From: Macrostomum lignano
Taxonomy: Eukaryota
Assembly (NCBI GenBank): GCA_002269645.1
Contig: NIVC01000355.1
Coordinates: 1-64,000 of the forward strand
Direction: 5' to 3'
DNA length: 64,000 bases
Shown here in pieces: positions 13,507 to 26,801 of this stretch. The notes beneath the pieces were generated by a model, which was not told where the DNA came from, did no database searches, and worked only from the letters and a program-made list of their open reading frames with translations. Every line of letters begins with the position of its first letter. The stretch's first letter is position 1. The position numbers and the translations under genes are program-made.

Positions 13507-16500
13507 AGCAAGCACCCCCTAATACTCCTAGCAAGCATCCACCCAGATAGCAAGCATCCCCTAATACTCCTAGCAAGCATCCACCCAGATAGCAAGCCTC
13601 CCCTAATACTCCTAGCAAGCATCCACCCAGATAGCAAGCATCCCCTAATACTCCTAGCAAGCATCCACCCAGATAGCAAGCCTCCCCTAATACTCCTAGC
13701 AAGCATCCACCCAGATAGCAAGCATCCCCTAATACTCCTAGCAAGCATCCACCCAGATAGCAAGCATCCCCTAATACTCCTAGCAAGCATCCACCCAGAT
13801 AGCAAGCATCCCCTAATACTCCTAGCAAGCATCCACCCAGATAGCAAGCATCCCCTAATACTCCTAGCAAGCATCCACCCAGATAGCAAGCATCCCCTAA
13901 TACTCCTAGCAAGCATCCACCCAGATAGCAAGCATCCCCTAATACTCCTAGCAAGCATCCACCCAGATAGCAAGCATCCCCTAATACTCCTAGCAAGCAT
14001 CCACCCAGATAGCAAGCATCCCCTAATACTCCTAGCAAGCATCCACCCAGATAGCAAGCATCCCCTAATACTCCTAGCAAGCATCCACCCAGATAGCAAG
14101 CATCCCCTAATACTCCTAGCAAGCATCCACCCAGATAGCAAGCATCCCCTAATACTCCTAGCAAGCATCCACCCAGATAGCAAGCATCCCCTAATACTCC
14201 TAGCAAGCATCCACCCAGATAGCAAGCATCCCCTAATACTCCTAGCAAGCATCCACCCAGATAGCAAGCATCCCCTAATACTCCTAGCAAGCATCCACCC
14301 AGATAGCAAGCATCCCCTAATACTCCTAGCAAGCATCCACCCAGATAGCAAGCATCCCCTAATACTCCTAGCAAGCATCCACCCAGATAGCAAGCATCCC
14401 CTAATACTCCTAGCAAGCATCCACCCAGATAGCAAGCATCCCCTAATACTCCTAGCAAGCATCCACCCAGATAGCAAGCATCCCCTAATACTCCTAGCAA
14501 GCATCCACCCAGATAGCAAGCATCCCCTAATACTCCTAGCAAGCATCCACCCAGATAGCAAGCATCCCCTAATACTCCTAGCAAGCATCCACCCAGATAG
14601 CAAGCATCCCCTAATACTCCTAGCAAGCATCCACCCAGATAGCAAGCATCCCCTAATACTCCTAGCAAGCATCCACCCAGATAGCAAGCATCCCCTAATA
14701 CTCCTAGCAAGCATCCACCCAGATAGCAAGCATCCCCTAATACTCCTAGCAAGCATCCACCCAGATAGCAAGCATCCCCTAATACTCCTAGCAAGCATCC
14801 ACCCAGATAGCAAGCATCCCCTAATACTCCTAGCAAGCATCCACCCAGATAGCAAGCATCCCCTAATACTCCTAGCAAGCATCCACCCAGATAGCAAGCA
14901 TCCCCTAATACTCCTAGCAAGCATCCACCCAGATAGCAAGCATCCCCTAATACTCCTAGCAAGCATCCACCCAGATAGCAAGCATCCCCTAATACTCCTA
15001 GCAAGCATCCACCCAGATAGCAAGCATCCCCTAATACTCCTAGCAAGCATCCACCCAGATAGCAAGCATCCCCTAATACTCCTAGCAAGCATCCACCCAG
15101 ATAGCAAGCATCCCCTAATACTCCTAGCAAGCATCCACCCAGATAGCAAGCATCCCCTAATACTCCTAGCAAGCATCCACCCAGATAGCAAGCATCCCCT
15201 AATACTCCTAGCAAGCATCCACCCAGATAGCAAGCATCCCCTAATACTCCTAGCAAGCATCCACCCAGATAGCAAGCATCCCCTAATACTCCTAGCAAGC
15301 ATCCACCCAGATAGCAAGCATCCCCTAATACTCCTAGCAAGCATCCACCCAGATAGCAAGCATCCCCTAATACTCCTAGCAAGCATCCACCCAGATAGCA
15401 AGCATCCCCTAATACTCCTAGCAAGCATCCACCCAGATAGCAAGCATCCCCTAATACTCCTAGCAAGCATCCACCCAGATAGCAAGCATCCCCTAATACT
15501 CCTAGCAAGCATCCACCCAGATAGCAAGCATCCCCTAATACTCCTAGCAAGCATCCACCCAGATAGCAAGCATCCCCTAATACTCCTAGCAAGCATCCAC
15601 CCAGATAGCAAGCATCCCCTAATACTCCTAGCAAGCATCCACCCAGATAGCAAGCATCCCCTAATACTCCTAGCAAGCATCCACCCAGATAGCAAGCATC
15701 CCCTAATACTCCTAGCAAGCATCCACCCAGATAGCAAGCATCCCCTAATACTCCTAGCAAGCATCCACCCAGATAGCAAGCATCCCCTAATACTCCTAGC
15801 AAGCATCCACCCAGATAGCAAGCATCCCCTAATACTCCTAGCAAGCATCCACCCAGATAGCAAGCATCCCCTAATACTCCTAGCAAGCATCCACCCAGAT
15901 AGCAAGCATCCCCTAATACTCCTAGCAAGCATCCACCCAGATAGCAAGCATCCCCTAATACTCCTAGCAAGCATCCACCCAGATAGCAAGCATCCCCTAA
16001 TACTCCTAGCAAGCATCCACCCAGATAGCAAGCATCCCGTAATACTCCTAGCAAGCATCCACCCAGATAGCAAGCATCCCCTAATACTCCTAGCAAGCAT
16101 CCACCCAGATAGCAAGCATCCCCTAATACTCCTAGCAAGCATCCACCCAGATAGCAAGCATCCCCTAATACTCCTAGCAAGCATCCACCCAGATAGCAAG
16201 CATCCCCTAATACTCCTAGCAAGCATCCACCCAGATAGCAAGCATCCCCTAATACTCCTAGCAAGCATCCACCCAGATAGCAAGCATCCCCTAATACTCC
16301 TAGCAAGCATCCACCCAGATAGCAAGCATCCCCTAATACTCCTAGCAAGCATCCACCCAGATAGCAAGCATCCCCTAATACTCCTAGCAAGCATCCACCC
16401 AGATAGCAAGCATCCCCTAATACTCCTAGCAAGCATCCACCCAGATAGCAAGCATCCCCTAATACTCCTAGCAAGCATCCACCCAGATAGCAAGCATCCC

Positions 16501-17631
16501 CTAATACTCCTAGCAAGCATCCACCCAGATAGCAAGCATCCCCTAATACTCCTAGCAAGCATCCACCCAGATAGCAAGCATCCCCTAATACTCCTAGCAA
16601 GCATCCACCCAGATAGCAAGCATCCCCTAATACTCCTAGCAAGCATCCACCCAGATAGCAAGCATCCCCTAATACTCCTAGCAAGCATCCACCCAGATAG
16701 CAAGCATCCCCTAATACTCCTAGCAAGCATCCACCCAGATAGCAAGCATCCCCTAATACTCCTAGCAAGCATCCACCCAGATAGCAAGCATCCCCTAATA
16801 CTCCTAGCAAGCATCCACCCAGATAGCAAGCATCCCCTAATACTCCTAGCAAGCATCCACCCAGATAGCAAGCATCCCCTAATACTCCTAGCAAGCATCC
16901 ACCCAGATAGCAAGCATCCCCTAATACTCCTAGCAAGCATCCACCCAGATAGCAAGCATCCCCTAATACTCCTAGCAAGCATCCACCCAGATAGCAAGCA
17001 TCCCCTAATACTCCTAGCAAGCATCCACCCAGATAGCAAGCATCCCCTAATACTCCTAGCAAGCATCCACCCAGATAGCAAGCATCCCCTAATACTCCTA
17101 GCAAGCATCCACCCAGATAGCAAGCATCCCCTAATACTCCTAGCAAGCATCCACCCAGATAGCAAGCATCCCCTAATACTCCTAGCAAGCATCCACCCAG
17201 ATAGCAAGCATCCCCTAATACTCCTAGCAAGCATCCACCCAGATAGCAAGCATCCCCTAATACTCCTAGCAAGCATCCACCCAGATAGCAAGCATCCCCT
17301 AATACTCCTAGCAAGCATCCACCCAGATAGCAAGCATCCCCTAATACTCCTAGCAAGCATCCACCCAGATAGCAAGCATCCCCTAATACTCCTAGCAAGC
17401 ATCCACCCAGATAGCAAGCATCCCGTAATACTCCTAGCAAGCATCCACCCAGATAGCAAGCATCCCCTAATACTCCTAGCAAGCATCCACCCAGATAGCA
17501 AGCATCCCCTAATACTCCTAGCAAGCATCCACCCAGATAGCAAGCATCCCCTAATACTCCTAGCAAGCATCCACCCAGATAGCAAGCATCCCCTAATACT
17601 CCTAGCAAGCATCCACCCAGATAGCAAGCAT
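13507..17631. repeat. 42 bp minisatellite, ~98 nearly identical copies
   Basis: Unit agcaagcatcccctaatactcctagcaagcatccacccagat. The 14 aa periodicity in the 1490 aa and 1443 aa ORFs is an artefact. Confidence 0.97.
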
Positions 17632-17808
17632 CTGCAGATAGCAAGCATACCCCAAATAATGTAGAAGCATCCTTCCAGATAGCAAGCATCCCCCAAATAA
17701 TGTAGAAGCATCCTTCCAGATAGCAAGCATCCTGCACAAAGCAAGAATCCCTAAATAGCAAGCATCCCTGGATAGAAATAATCCTATACATGTAGCCAAG
17801 CTTATCAA

Positions 17809-20800
17809 GCGCAGTAATCCTTGGCTATCGAGTGCAGTAATCCTTGGTTTATTAATAGCAGTAATCCTTGGCTTATCGAGTGCAGTAATCCTTGGTTTAT
17901 TAATAGCAATAATCCATGGCTTATCGAGTGCAGTAATCCTTGGTTTATTAATAGCAATAATTCTTGGCTTATCGAGTGCAGTAATCCTTGGTTTATTAAT
18001 AGCAATAATTCTTGGCTTATCGAGTGCAGTAATCCTTGGTTTGCCAAGTGCAGTAATCCTTGGTTTATTAATAGCAATAATCCTTGGCTTATCGAGTGCA
18101 GTAATCCTTGGTTTATTAATAGCAATAATCCATGGCTTATCGAGTGCAGTAATCCTTGGTTTATTAATAGCAATAATCCTTGATTAATCAAGTGCATTAA
18201 TCCTTGGTTTATTAATAGCAATAATCCTTGGCTTATCGAGTGCAGTAATCCTTGGTTTATTAATAGCAATAATCCATGGCTTATCGAGTGCAGTAATCCT
18301 TGGTTTATTAATAGTAATAATCCTTGATTAATCAAGTGCATTAATCCTTGGTTTATTAATAGCAATAATCCTTGGCTTATCGAGTGCAGTAATCCTTGGT
18401 TTGCCAAGTGCAGTAATCCTTGGTTTATTAATAGCAATAATCCTTGGCTTATCGAGTGCAGTAGTCCTTGGTTAATTAATAGCAATAATCCTTGGCTTAT
18501 CGAGTGCAGTAATCCTTGGTTTATTATTAGCAATAATCCATGGCTTATCGAGTGAAGTAATCCTTGGTTTATTAATAGCAATAATCCTTGGCTTATCGAG
18601 TGCAGTAATCCTTGGTTTATTAATAGCAATAATCCTTGATTAATCAAGTGCAGTAATCCTTGGTTTGCCAAGAGCAATAGTCCTTGGTTTATTGAGTGCA
18701 GTAATCCTTGGTTTGCCAAGAGCAATAGTTTTTGGTTTAATGAGTGCAGTAATCCTTGGTTTATTAATAGCAATAATCCTTGGCTTATCGAGTGCAGTAA
18801 TCCTTGGTTTGCCAAGTGCAGTAATCCTTGGTTTATTAATAGCAATAATCCTTGGCTTATCGAGTGCAGTAATCCTTGGTTTATTAATAGCAATAATCCA
18901 TGGCTTATCGAGTGCAGTAATCCTTGGTTTATTAATAGCAATAATCCTTGGCTTATCGAGTGCAGTAATCCTTGGTTTATTAATAGCAATAATCCATGGC
19001 TTATCGAGTGCAGTAATCCTTGGTTTATTAATAGCAATAATCCATGGCTTATCGAGTGCAGTAATCCTTGGTTTGCCAAGTGCAGTAATCCTTGGTTTAT
19101 TAATAGCAATAATCCATGGCTTATCGAGTGCAGTAATCCTTGGTTTATTAATAGCAATAATCCATGGCTTATCGAGTGCAGTAATCCTTGGTTTGCCAAG
19201 TGCAGTAATCCTTGGTTTATTAATAGCAATAATCCATGGCTTATCGAGTGCAGTAATCCTTGGTTTATTAATAGCAATAATCCTTGGCGTATCGAGTGCA
19301 GTAATCCTTGGTTTATTATTAGCAATAATCCATGGCTTATCGAGTGCAGTAATCTTTGGTTTATTAATAGCAATAATCCTTGATTAATCAAGTGCAGTAA
19401 TCCTTGGTTTGCCAAGAGCAATAGTCCTTGGTTTATTAATAGCAATAATCCTTGGCTTATCGAGTGCAGTAATCCTTGGTTTATTAATAGCAATTATCCA
19501 TGGCTTATCGAGTGCAGTAATCCTTGGTTTATTAATAGCAATAATCCTTGATTAATCAAGTGCATTAATCCTTGGTTTATTAATAGCAATAATCCTTGGC
19601 TTATCGAGTGCAGTAATCCTTGGTTTGCCAAGTGCAGTAATCCTTGGTTTATTAATAGCAATAATCCTTGGCTTATCGAGTGCAGTAATCCTTGGTTTAT
19701 TAATAGCAATAATCCATGGCTTATCGAGTGCAGTAATCCTTGGTTTATTAATAGCAATAATCCATGGCTTATCGAGTGCAGTAATCCTTGGTTTATTAAT
19801 AGCAATAATTCTTGGCTTATCGAGTGCAGTAATCCTTGGTTTGCCAAGTGCAGTAATCCTTGGTTTATTAATAGCAATAATCCTTGGCTTATCGAGTGCA
19901 GTAATCCTTGGTTTATTAATAGCAATAATCCATGGCTTATCGAGTGCAGTAATCCTTGGTTTATTAATAGCAATAATCCTTGATTAATCAAGTGCATTAA
20001 TCCTTGGTTTATTAATAGCAATAATCCTTGGCTTATCGAGTGCAGTAATCCTTGGTTTATTAATAGCAATAATCCATGGCTAATCGAGTGCAGTAATCCT
20101 TGGTTTATTAATAGTAATAATCCTTGATTAATCAAGTGCATTAATCCTTGGTTTATTAATAGCAATAATCCTTGGCTTATCGAGTGCAGTAATCCTTGGT
20201 TTGCCAAGTGCAGTAATCCTTGGTTTATTAATAGCAATAATCCTTGGCTTATCGAGTGCAGTAGTCCTTGGTTTATTAATAGCAATAATCCTTGGCTTAT
20301 CGAGTGCAGTAATCCTTGGTTTATTATTAGCAATAATCCATGGCTTATCGAGTGAAGTAATCCTTGGTTTATTAATAGCAATAATCCTTGGCTTATCGAG
20401 TGCAGTAATCCTTGGTTTATTAATAGCAATAATCCTTGATTAATCAAGTGCAGTAATCCTTGGTTTGCCAAGAGCAATAGTCCTTGGTTTATTGAGTGCA
20501 GTAATCCTTGGTTTGCCAAGAGCAATAGTTTTTGGTTTAATGAGTGCAGTAATCCTTGGTTTATTAATAGCAATAATCCTTGGCTTATCGAGTGCAGTAA
20601 TCCTTGGTTTGCCAAGTGCAGTAATCCTTGGTTTATTAATAGCAATAATCCTTGGCTTATCGAGTGCAGTAATCCTTGGTTTATTAATAGCAATAATCCA
20701 TGGCTTATCGAGTGCAGTAATCCTTGGTTTATTAATAGCAATAATCCTTGGCTTATCGAGTGCAGTAATCCTTGGTTTATTAATAGCAATAATCCATGGC

Positions 20801-21826
20801 TTATCGAGTGCAGTAATCCTTGGTTTATTAATAGCAATAATCCATGGCTTATCGAGTGCAGTAATCCTTGGTTTGCCAAGTGCAGTAATCCTTGGTTTAT
20901 TAATAGCAATAATCCATGGCTTATCGAGTGCAGTAATCCTTGGTTTATTAATAGCAATAATCCATGGCTTATCGAGTGCAGTAATCCTTGGTTTGCCAAG
21001 TGCAGTAATCCTTGGTTTATTAATAGCAATAATCCATGGCTTATCGAGTGCAGTAATCCTTGGTTTATTAATAGCAATAATCCTTGGCGTATCGAGTGCA
21101 GTAATCCTTGGTTTATTATTAGCAATAATCCATGGCTTATCGAGTGCAGTAATCTTTGGTTTATTAATAGCAATAATCCTTGATTAATCAAGTGCAGTAA
21201 TCCTTGGTTTGCCAAGAGCAATAGTCCTTGGTTTATTGAGTGCAGTAATTCTTGGTTTATTAATAGCAATAATCCTTGGCTTATCGAGTGCAGTAATCCT
21301 TGGTTTGCCAAGTGCAGTAATCCTTGGTTTATTAATAGCAATAATCCTTGGCTTATCGAGTGCAGTAATCCTTGGTTTATTAATAGCAATAATCCTTGGC
21401 TTATCTAGTGCAGTAATCATTGGTTTATTAATAGCAATAATCCTTGGCTTATCGAGTGCAGTAATCCTTGGTTTATTAATAGCAATAATCCTTGATTAAT
21501 CAAGTGCAGTAATCCTTGGTTTTCCAAGAGCAATAGTCCTTGGTTTATTGAGTGCAGTAATCCTTGGTTTGCCAAGAGCAATAGTCCTTGGTTTATTGAG
21601 TGCAGTAATCCTTGGTTTGCCAAGTGCAGTAATCCTTGGTTTATTAATAGCAATAATCCTTGGCTTATCGAGTGCATTAATCCTTGGTTTAATAATAGCA
21701 ATAATCCATGGCTTATCGAGTGCAGTAATCCTTGGTTTATTAATAGCAATAATCCTTGGCTTCTTGAGTGCAGTAATCCTTGGTTTGCCAAGAGCAATAG
21801 TCCTTGGTTTATCGAGTGCAGTAATC
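17809..21826. repeat. 24 bp-monomer satellite (mostly 48 bp dimers) with an 1800 bp higher-order duplication
   Basis: Alternating gcagtaatccttggtttattaata / gcaataatccttggcttatcgagt. Identical variant patterns at 18665-19387 and 20465-21187. Confidence 0.95.
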
Positions 21827-21900
21827 TAAGTGTTTTTATTTAGTTCTTTAATAAAAGCTTTTAATAAAAAATTTTACACTACTACTTTTAAGCTACTTAG

Positions 21901-21960
21901 ATTCGAACCCAGTTCGCTGCATTAGCAGTCTGGTCTGTTCAGCTCTAGGCTAGCTCTCAT
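21901..21960 (-). other. tRNA-derived (Ser-GCT-like) relic / SINE-like head; second copy 25139-25197
   Basis: Minus strand agctagcctagag...gactgctaat...gggttcgaat gives A-box-like, CTGCTAA loop-like and B-box-like motifs, but the stems do not fold as a functional tRNA. Confidence 0.3.
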
Positions 21961-22482
21961 CGAAGTTATCAGTGATTCAACAACACTCACACCAAGTCAG
22001 GTAGAGTAAAAAGTCACACGAAGCAGTTATGACATAATCAATTTCTTAGGCAAGTCAGTACCAGTGTCTATGAAAGTTAACAATATGGTTACGTAATATA
22101 AATTCAGTACTGCGCTATGCTTTCACACTCAAAGCTGTGACGCAATTCAATTGAGTGTCAAATTCAGCCAGTACACAGACGATAAATAAAGTGTATTGTG
22201 ATGCAATCTATTTCAGAATCAGAATTCAACCAGTCAGTTTTTCTGCTAGCATTCTTACAATGCATTTCAAGTCGAAAGAGCTGCTTGACCTTTGCAAAAA
22301 AGCATGTTTTTCGAATATTTAATCCCTTTAATATTGAGCAATTTCTTAGCCAAGATGCATGTACCGTCACGGAAAAATTTCTGATTGAACAGTGCAAGTT
22401 CGAACAAAATCGGTTGAGCCGTTTTTGCTAAAATCGATCACACACACACACATATACCGACAGACCATTTTTAGTATATGGA

Positions 22483-25400
22483 CTAGCCAATTCCAACCCC
22501 CGTTGGGGCTTTCCGTCAGAACTCCTACCAAAGTTTTCCCACGCAAAAGAAATTCACCCAACTGAACCCCCCATCCAAAGAATCTCTCTGATGCAAATAA
22601 TCTCACATGCAAAAAACCCTCATCCAAAGAATCCCCATACAAAGAACCCCCCATCGACAGAATCCCCGAATCCGAAGAATTCCCCATTCAAGGAATCCTC
22701 TATCTGTAGAATTCCCTATTTAATGAATCGCCCATCCATAGAATCTCACATGCAAAGAATACCAATCCTTCCCGTCCCATCCCCATCCCATCCCATTGAT
22801 AGAATCCCCGATCCGAAGAATTTCCCATTCAAGGAATCCTCCCATCTGAAGAATTCCCCGTCCAATGAATCCCTTATTCAAGAAATCCCCCATCCACAGA
22901 AACCCTCTATCCAAAGAATCCCCCCACCCATCCCTATCCAAAGAATCGCCCATCCATCCCTATCTAAAGAATCCCCATCCATCCCTATCCCAAGAATCCT
23001 CCTATTCATCCCTATCCAAAGAATTTCCCCATCCATTCCTATCTAAATAATCCCCCTAACCATCCATATCCAAAAAATTCCTTCTCTAAAAAATCCCCCC
23101 TCTAAAGAATTCACATCCTTAAATAATCCCCCATCAAAAGAATAATTGGCCAAAGAATCCAGAATCCCCTCATCTAAAGAACACCCGTTCAAATAACCCC
23201 CATCTAAAGAATCATTTATCTAAAGAACCCCCCATTCAAAAAACCCTCCATCGAAACAATGCCCCACCGAAGAAATTGCCCAAAAATTTATCCATTAGAA
23301 GCATCCCTCATCCAAAGAATCATCAATCCATAGAATTCCCCCAAGACTTAACATCTCAGCAATTTCCCCAAGCCTCGACACCTCAGAAATTTTCCCTAAG
23401 CATTGACATCTAAGCAATTCCGGCGCAAGCCTTGACATGATACCAATTTCTCCCCGTCCAAAGCCTTGACATCTCAGTAATTCCCCTCCCCAAGCCTTGA
23501 TATCTCAGTAATTCTCCCAGTAAGCCTTGATATCTCAGTAATTCCTCCAGTAAGTCTTGACATCTCAGCAATTTCTCCCCGTCCAAAGCCTTGGCATCTT
23601 AGCGATTCCCCTCCCCGAGACTTAAGACCTCAGCAATTCCTTTTTAAGCCTTCACACCTCAGCAATTCCCCCCACAAGCCTTGACATCTCAGCGATTCCC
23701 CCACAAGCCTTGGCATCTCAGCAAGTCCCTCTTAAGCCTTCACATGTCATTAATTCCCCAAGGTAAGATTTTATACATGTATCTCAATAATTCCCCTTGT
23801 AAATCTTTACATCTTAAAATTCTCTTCCGAGCAAGCATCCCCCAAGAGCAAGCGTCCTTCCGATAGCAAGCATCCCCTGACAGAAAGTACCCCCAGCAAG
23901 ATTAGTGAAGCAATTTCCTCAGCTAGCCAATTCAACTCCCATTGGGGCTTTCCGTCCAAACTCCAGCCACAGTTTTCCCACGCAATAAAATTTCACCCAA
24001 CTGAATCTCCCATACAAAGAATCCCTCATCCAAAGAATACACCACCCATAAAATCCACGATACAAAGAATCTCACATGCAAAGAAGCCGCCATCCAAAGA
24101 ACCCCCATCGATAGAATCCCCGATCCAAAGAATCCCCCTATCCATCCCTATCCAAAAAATCCCCGACCTCCATCCATATAAAAAAATCCCCCATCCAAAG
24201 AACCCCTATCAATAGAATCCCGGATCCAAAGAATTTCCCATTCAAGGAATTCTCCTATCTGAAGAATTTCCCATCCAATGCATTGCCAATCCATAACATC
24301 TCACATGCAAAGAATCCCATTCAAAAGAATCCCTATTTAAAGAATCCCTCATTCACAGAATCCCCATCGAAAGAATCCTCCACCCATTCATATCCAAAGA
24401 ATCCCCCATCCATTCCTAACTAAAGAATCTCCCTCCAAAGAATCCCCATGCAAATAATCCACGTCCAAATAATCCCCATCCACAGAATCTCCATCCACAT
24501 TATCCATTGATTCTCCCATCAAAAGAATAACTGGCCAAAGAATACCTTCATCTAAAAAACCCGTTCAAAAAATTCACGTCCAAATAATCCCAATCAACAG
24601 AATCCCCCATTCAAGGAATCCAAAGAATCTCCCATCCAAATAATCCGCCCATTAATAGAATTCTTGGCCAAAGAATCCCCTCATCTCCTCGAGATATCCA
24701 TTAGAAGCATCTCTCGTTCAAAGATTCCCCAATCCATAGAATTCCCCCCCAAGACTTAACATCTCAGCAATTCCCACCAAGCCTTGACACCTCAGAAATT
24801 CCCTCCAAGCCTTGACACCTCAGAAATTCCCTCCAAGCCTTGACATCTCAGCAATTCACTCTTAAGCCTTGGCATCTCAGTAATTCTCTCAGTAACCCCT
24901 TATATCTCAGTAATTCCCCCAGTAAGTCTTGACATCTCAGCAATTCCCCTCACGTCTTGATATTTCAGCAATTCCCTCTCAGCCTTGGCATCTCAGTTTA
25001 ATAAAAATTTTTGAATATGGACTACATGAATACTCGTAGCTTCTCTTCTACCTGATTTACCTGACGTTTTTTTAGTTTTCTTTAGCTAAAAAGTTTAAAA
25101 TTAATTTTTTTAATAAAAAAGCTTTTACAAATTAAAATTTCGAACCCACGTCGCTGCATTAGCAGGTCAGTCTGTTTACCTCTAGGCTAGCTCTCATCGT
25201 TTTGATAACATAAATCGTCGCACTTATATAATTCAACACTTTCAAAACTCCACACACAGAGTAAATCACGCGAAGCAGTTATGACATAATTTCTCAGCCA
25301 GTCTATCAGTTTCAAATAAAGTCACCAATATGGTTACGCAATCTAAATCTAAATTCAATGGCGCTGGCTTGAATGTATCAGTTTCAAATAAAGTCACCAA

Positions 25401-26219
25401 TATGGTTACGCAATCTAAATCTAAATTCAATGGCGCTGGCTTGAATGTATCAGTTTCAAATAAAGTCACCAATATGGTTACGCAATCTAAATCTAAATTC
25501 AATGGCGCTGGCTTGAATTGTGGAGTTGCGATAAAGTAGGGGTTTGCGATATTGGAGAGCGTACAATGAGTATATAAAGTAAAGTTCATAGGAATCTGCT
25601 TTTTAATGATGTGCTTTTAATTTTTCGAATCTAAGCAAAAAATTATATTCCCGAACTCAGCGTTTCAAGCTCTTTCTAGCAATACAAGGCTCTCTTCTGA
25701 AAGTAAAAAACTCGAAGCACAAACAACGATTGAACATTCCTGCTATAAAGCATTCAAATTCATAAGGTGTACATTCAGCGCTAGCTACAGTGAGAGGCCT
25801 GCAAGTTGATGCATTTGAAATTAACAACCAAGCCAGCCCATGAATAATTGAATAGCGACACCCGCCCCTCAATTAAAATGTGTTGCGCAACCTTTCAACG
25901 CTTGTAGCTCTCCACGCGAGTGTAGAGAACCAATGCTATAGTTGGCACTGAGTTATGATGCAATACAATTCCATCGGCAGTCAGACTGCTTCTCAATCGG
26001 AAAGAACTGTTTGAACTTTAAAAAACAGGGAGAAAATCGAGTTTTTCGAATATTTAAGCCCGAAAAAATGAAGCAATTTCTTAGCAAAATTTTGTGTACC
26101 AGCGCACCATCAATACGCATCGAATGCAGAAAACCCCACGAAATTCCGACTATGTAGAGTCAAGTTAAGCAAAGGTTCCTATAGGTACATAGTTTTGATT
26201 TTTAGTATATTGGATTGGA
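22483..26219 (-). mobile_element. Non-autonomous Helitron-like element (~3.7 kb) with internal degenerate repeats
   Basis: 3' end: hairpin (aaccccgttggggctt) plus CTAG at 22483. 5' end: TCCAATATACTAAAAATC near 26214-26219. Internal aagaatccccatcc and agccttgacatctcagcaattcccc arrays; 22490-23900 is internally duplicated at ~23920-25000. Confidence 0.55.
25304..25518. repeat. 72 bp tandem repeat, 3 copies
   Basis: tatcagtttcaaataaagtcaccaatatggttacgcaatctaaatctaaattcaatggcgctggcttgaatg at 25304, 25376 and 25448. Confidence 0.95.
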
Positions 26220-26568
26220 CTAGCTAATTAGAGCTGGCTGCCAGCAGCCAGAATAATTTTTTATTGCCCCCCTTTACGTGGGGTCCAGTGAGTTTTCTTA
26301 TCAGTTGGCTCTGGCGCAATCAATTAAAATTGGCAGTGAAGTTTCTGGCTGATAAAATTTGCATTGAAAAAGGCCATTTAAAACAGTTTTTCGAATATTT
26401 AATCCCTTAAGCATTGAAGCAGATACAAGAAATTTTAACCATACAATCCCAGGCTGATTACAAATCTTTTGGCGAAAACGCGATCAAAATCGGTCGAGAA
26501 TTGCAATCTCTAGAGCGTTATGGACAAGCATACAAACAAACAAATATTAGAGATTTAGTATATTTAGA
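26220..26568 (-). mobile_element. ~350 bp non-autonomous Helitron-like element (family A), copy 1
   Basis: Minus strand starts TCTAAATATACTAAATCTCTAATATTTGTTTGTTTG and ends with a GGCTG-CTGG-CAGCC hairpin, then AGCTCTAATTAG-CTAG. Confidence 0.7.
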
Positions 26569-26801
26569 TTATGGACAAACATACAAACAAACCTTAGAGA
26601 TTTAGTATATTTAGATTTTCGAATATTTAATCCCTTAAGCATTGAAGCAGATACAAGAAATTTTAACCATACAATCCCAGGCTGATTACAAATCTTTTGG
26701 CGAAAACGCGATCAAAATCGGTCGAGAATTGCAATCTCTAGAGCGTTATGGACATTCAAACATACAAACCTTAGAGATTTAGTATATTTAGATTAGATAG
26801 A

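Noticed and set aside
13319-21829. Very long ORFs (1490, 1443, 631, 562 aa) as repeat proteins
   Set aside because: Stop-free frames of 42 bp and 24 bp satellites, open in several frames and on both strands.
21901-21960. Functional tRNA-Ser(GCT)
   Set aside because: Acceptor and anticodon stems do not pair; kept only as a low-confidence relic.
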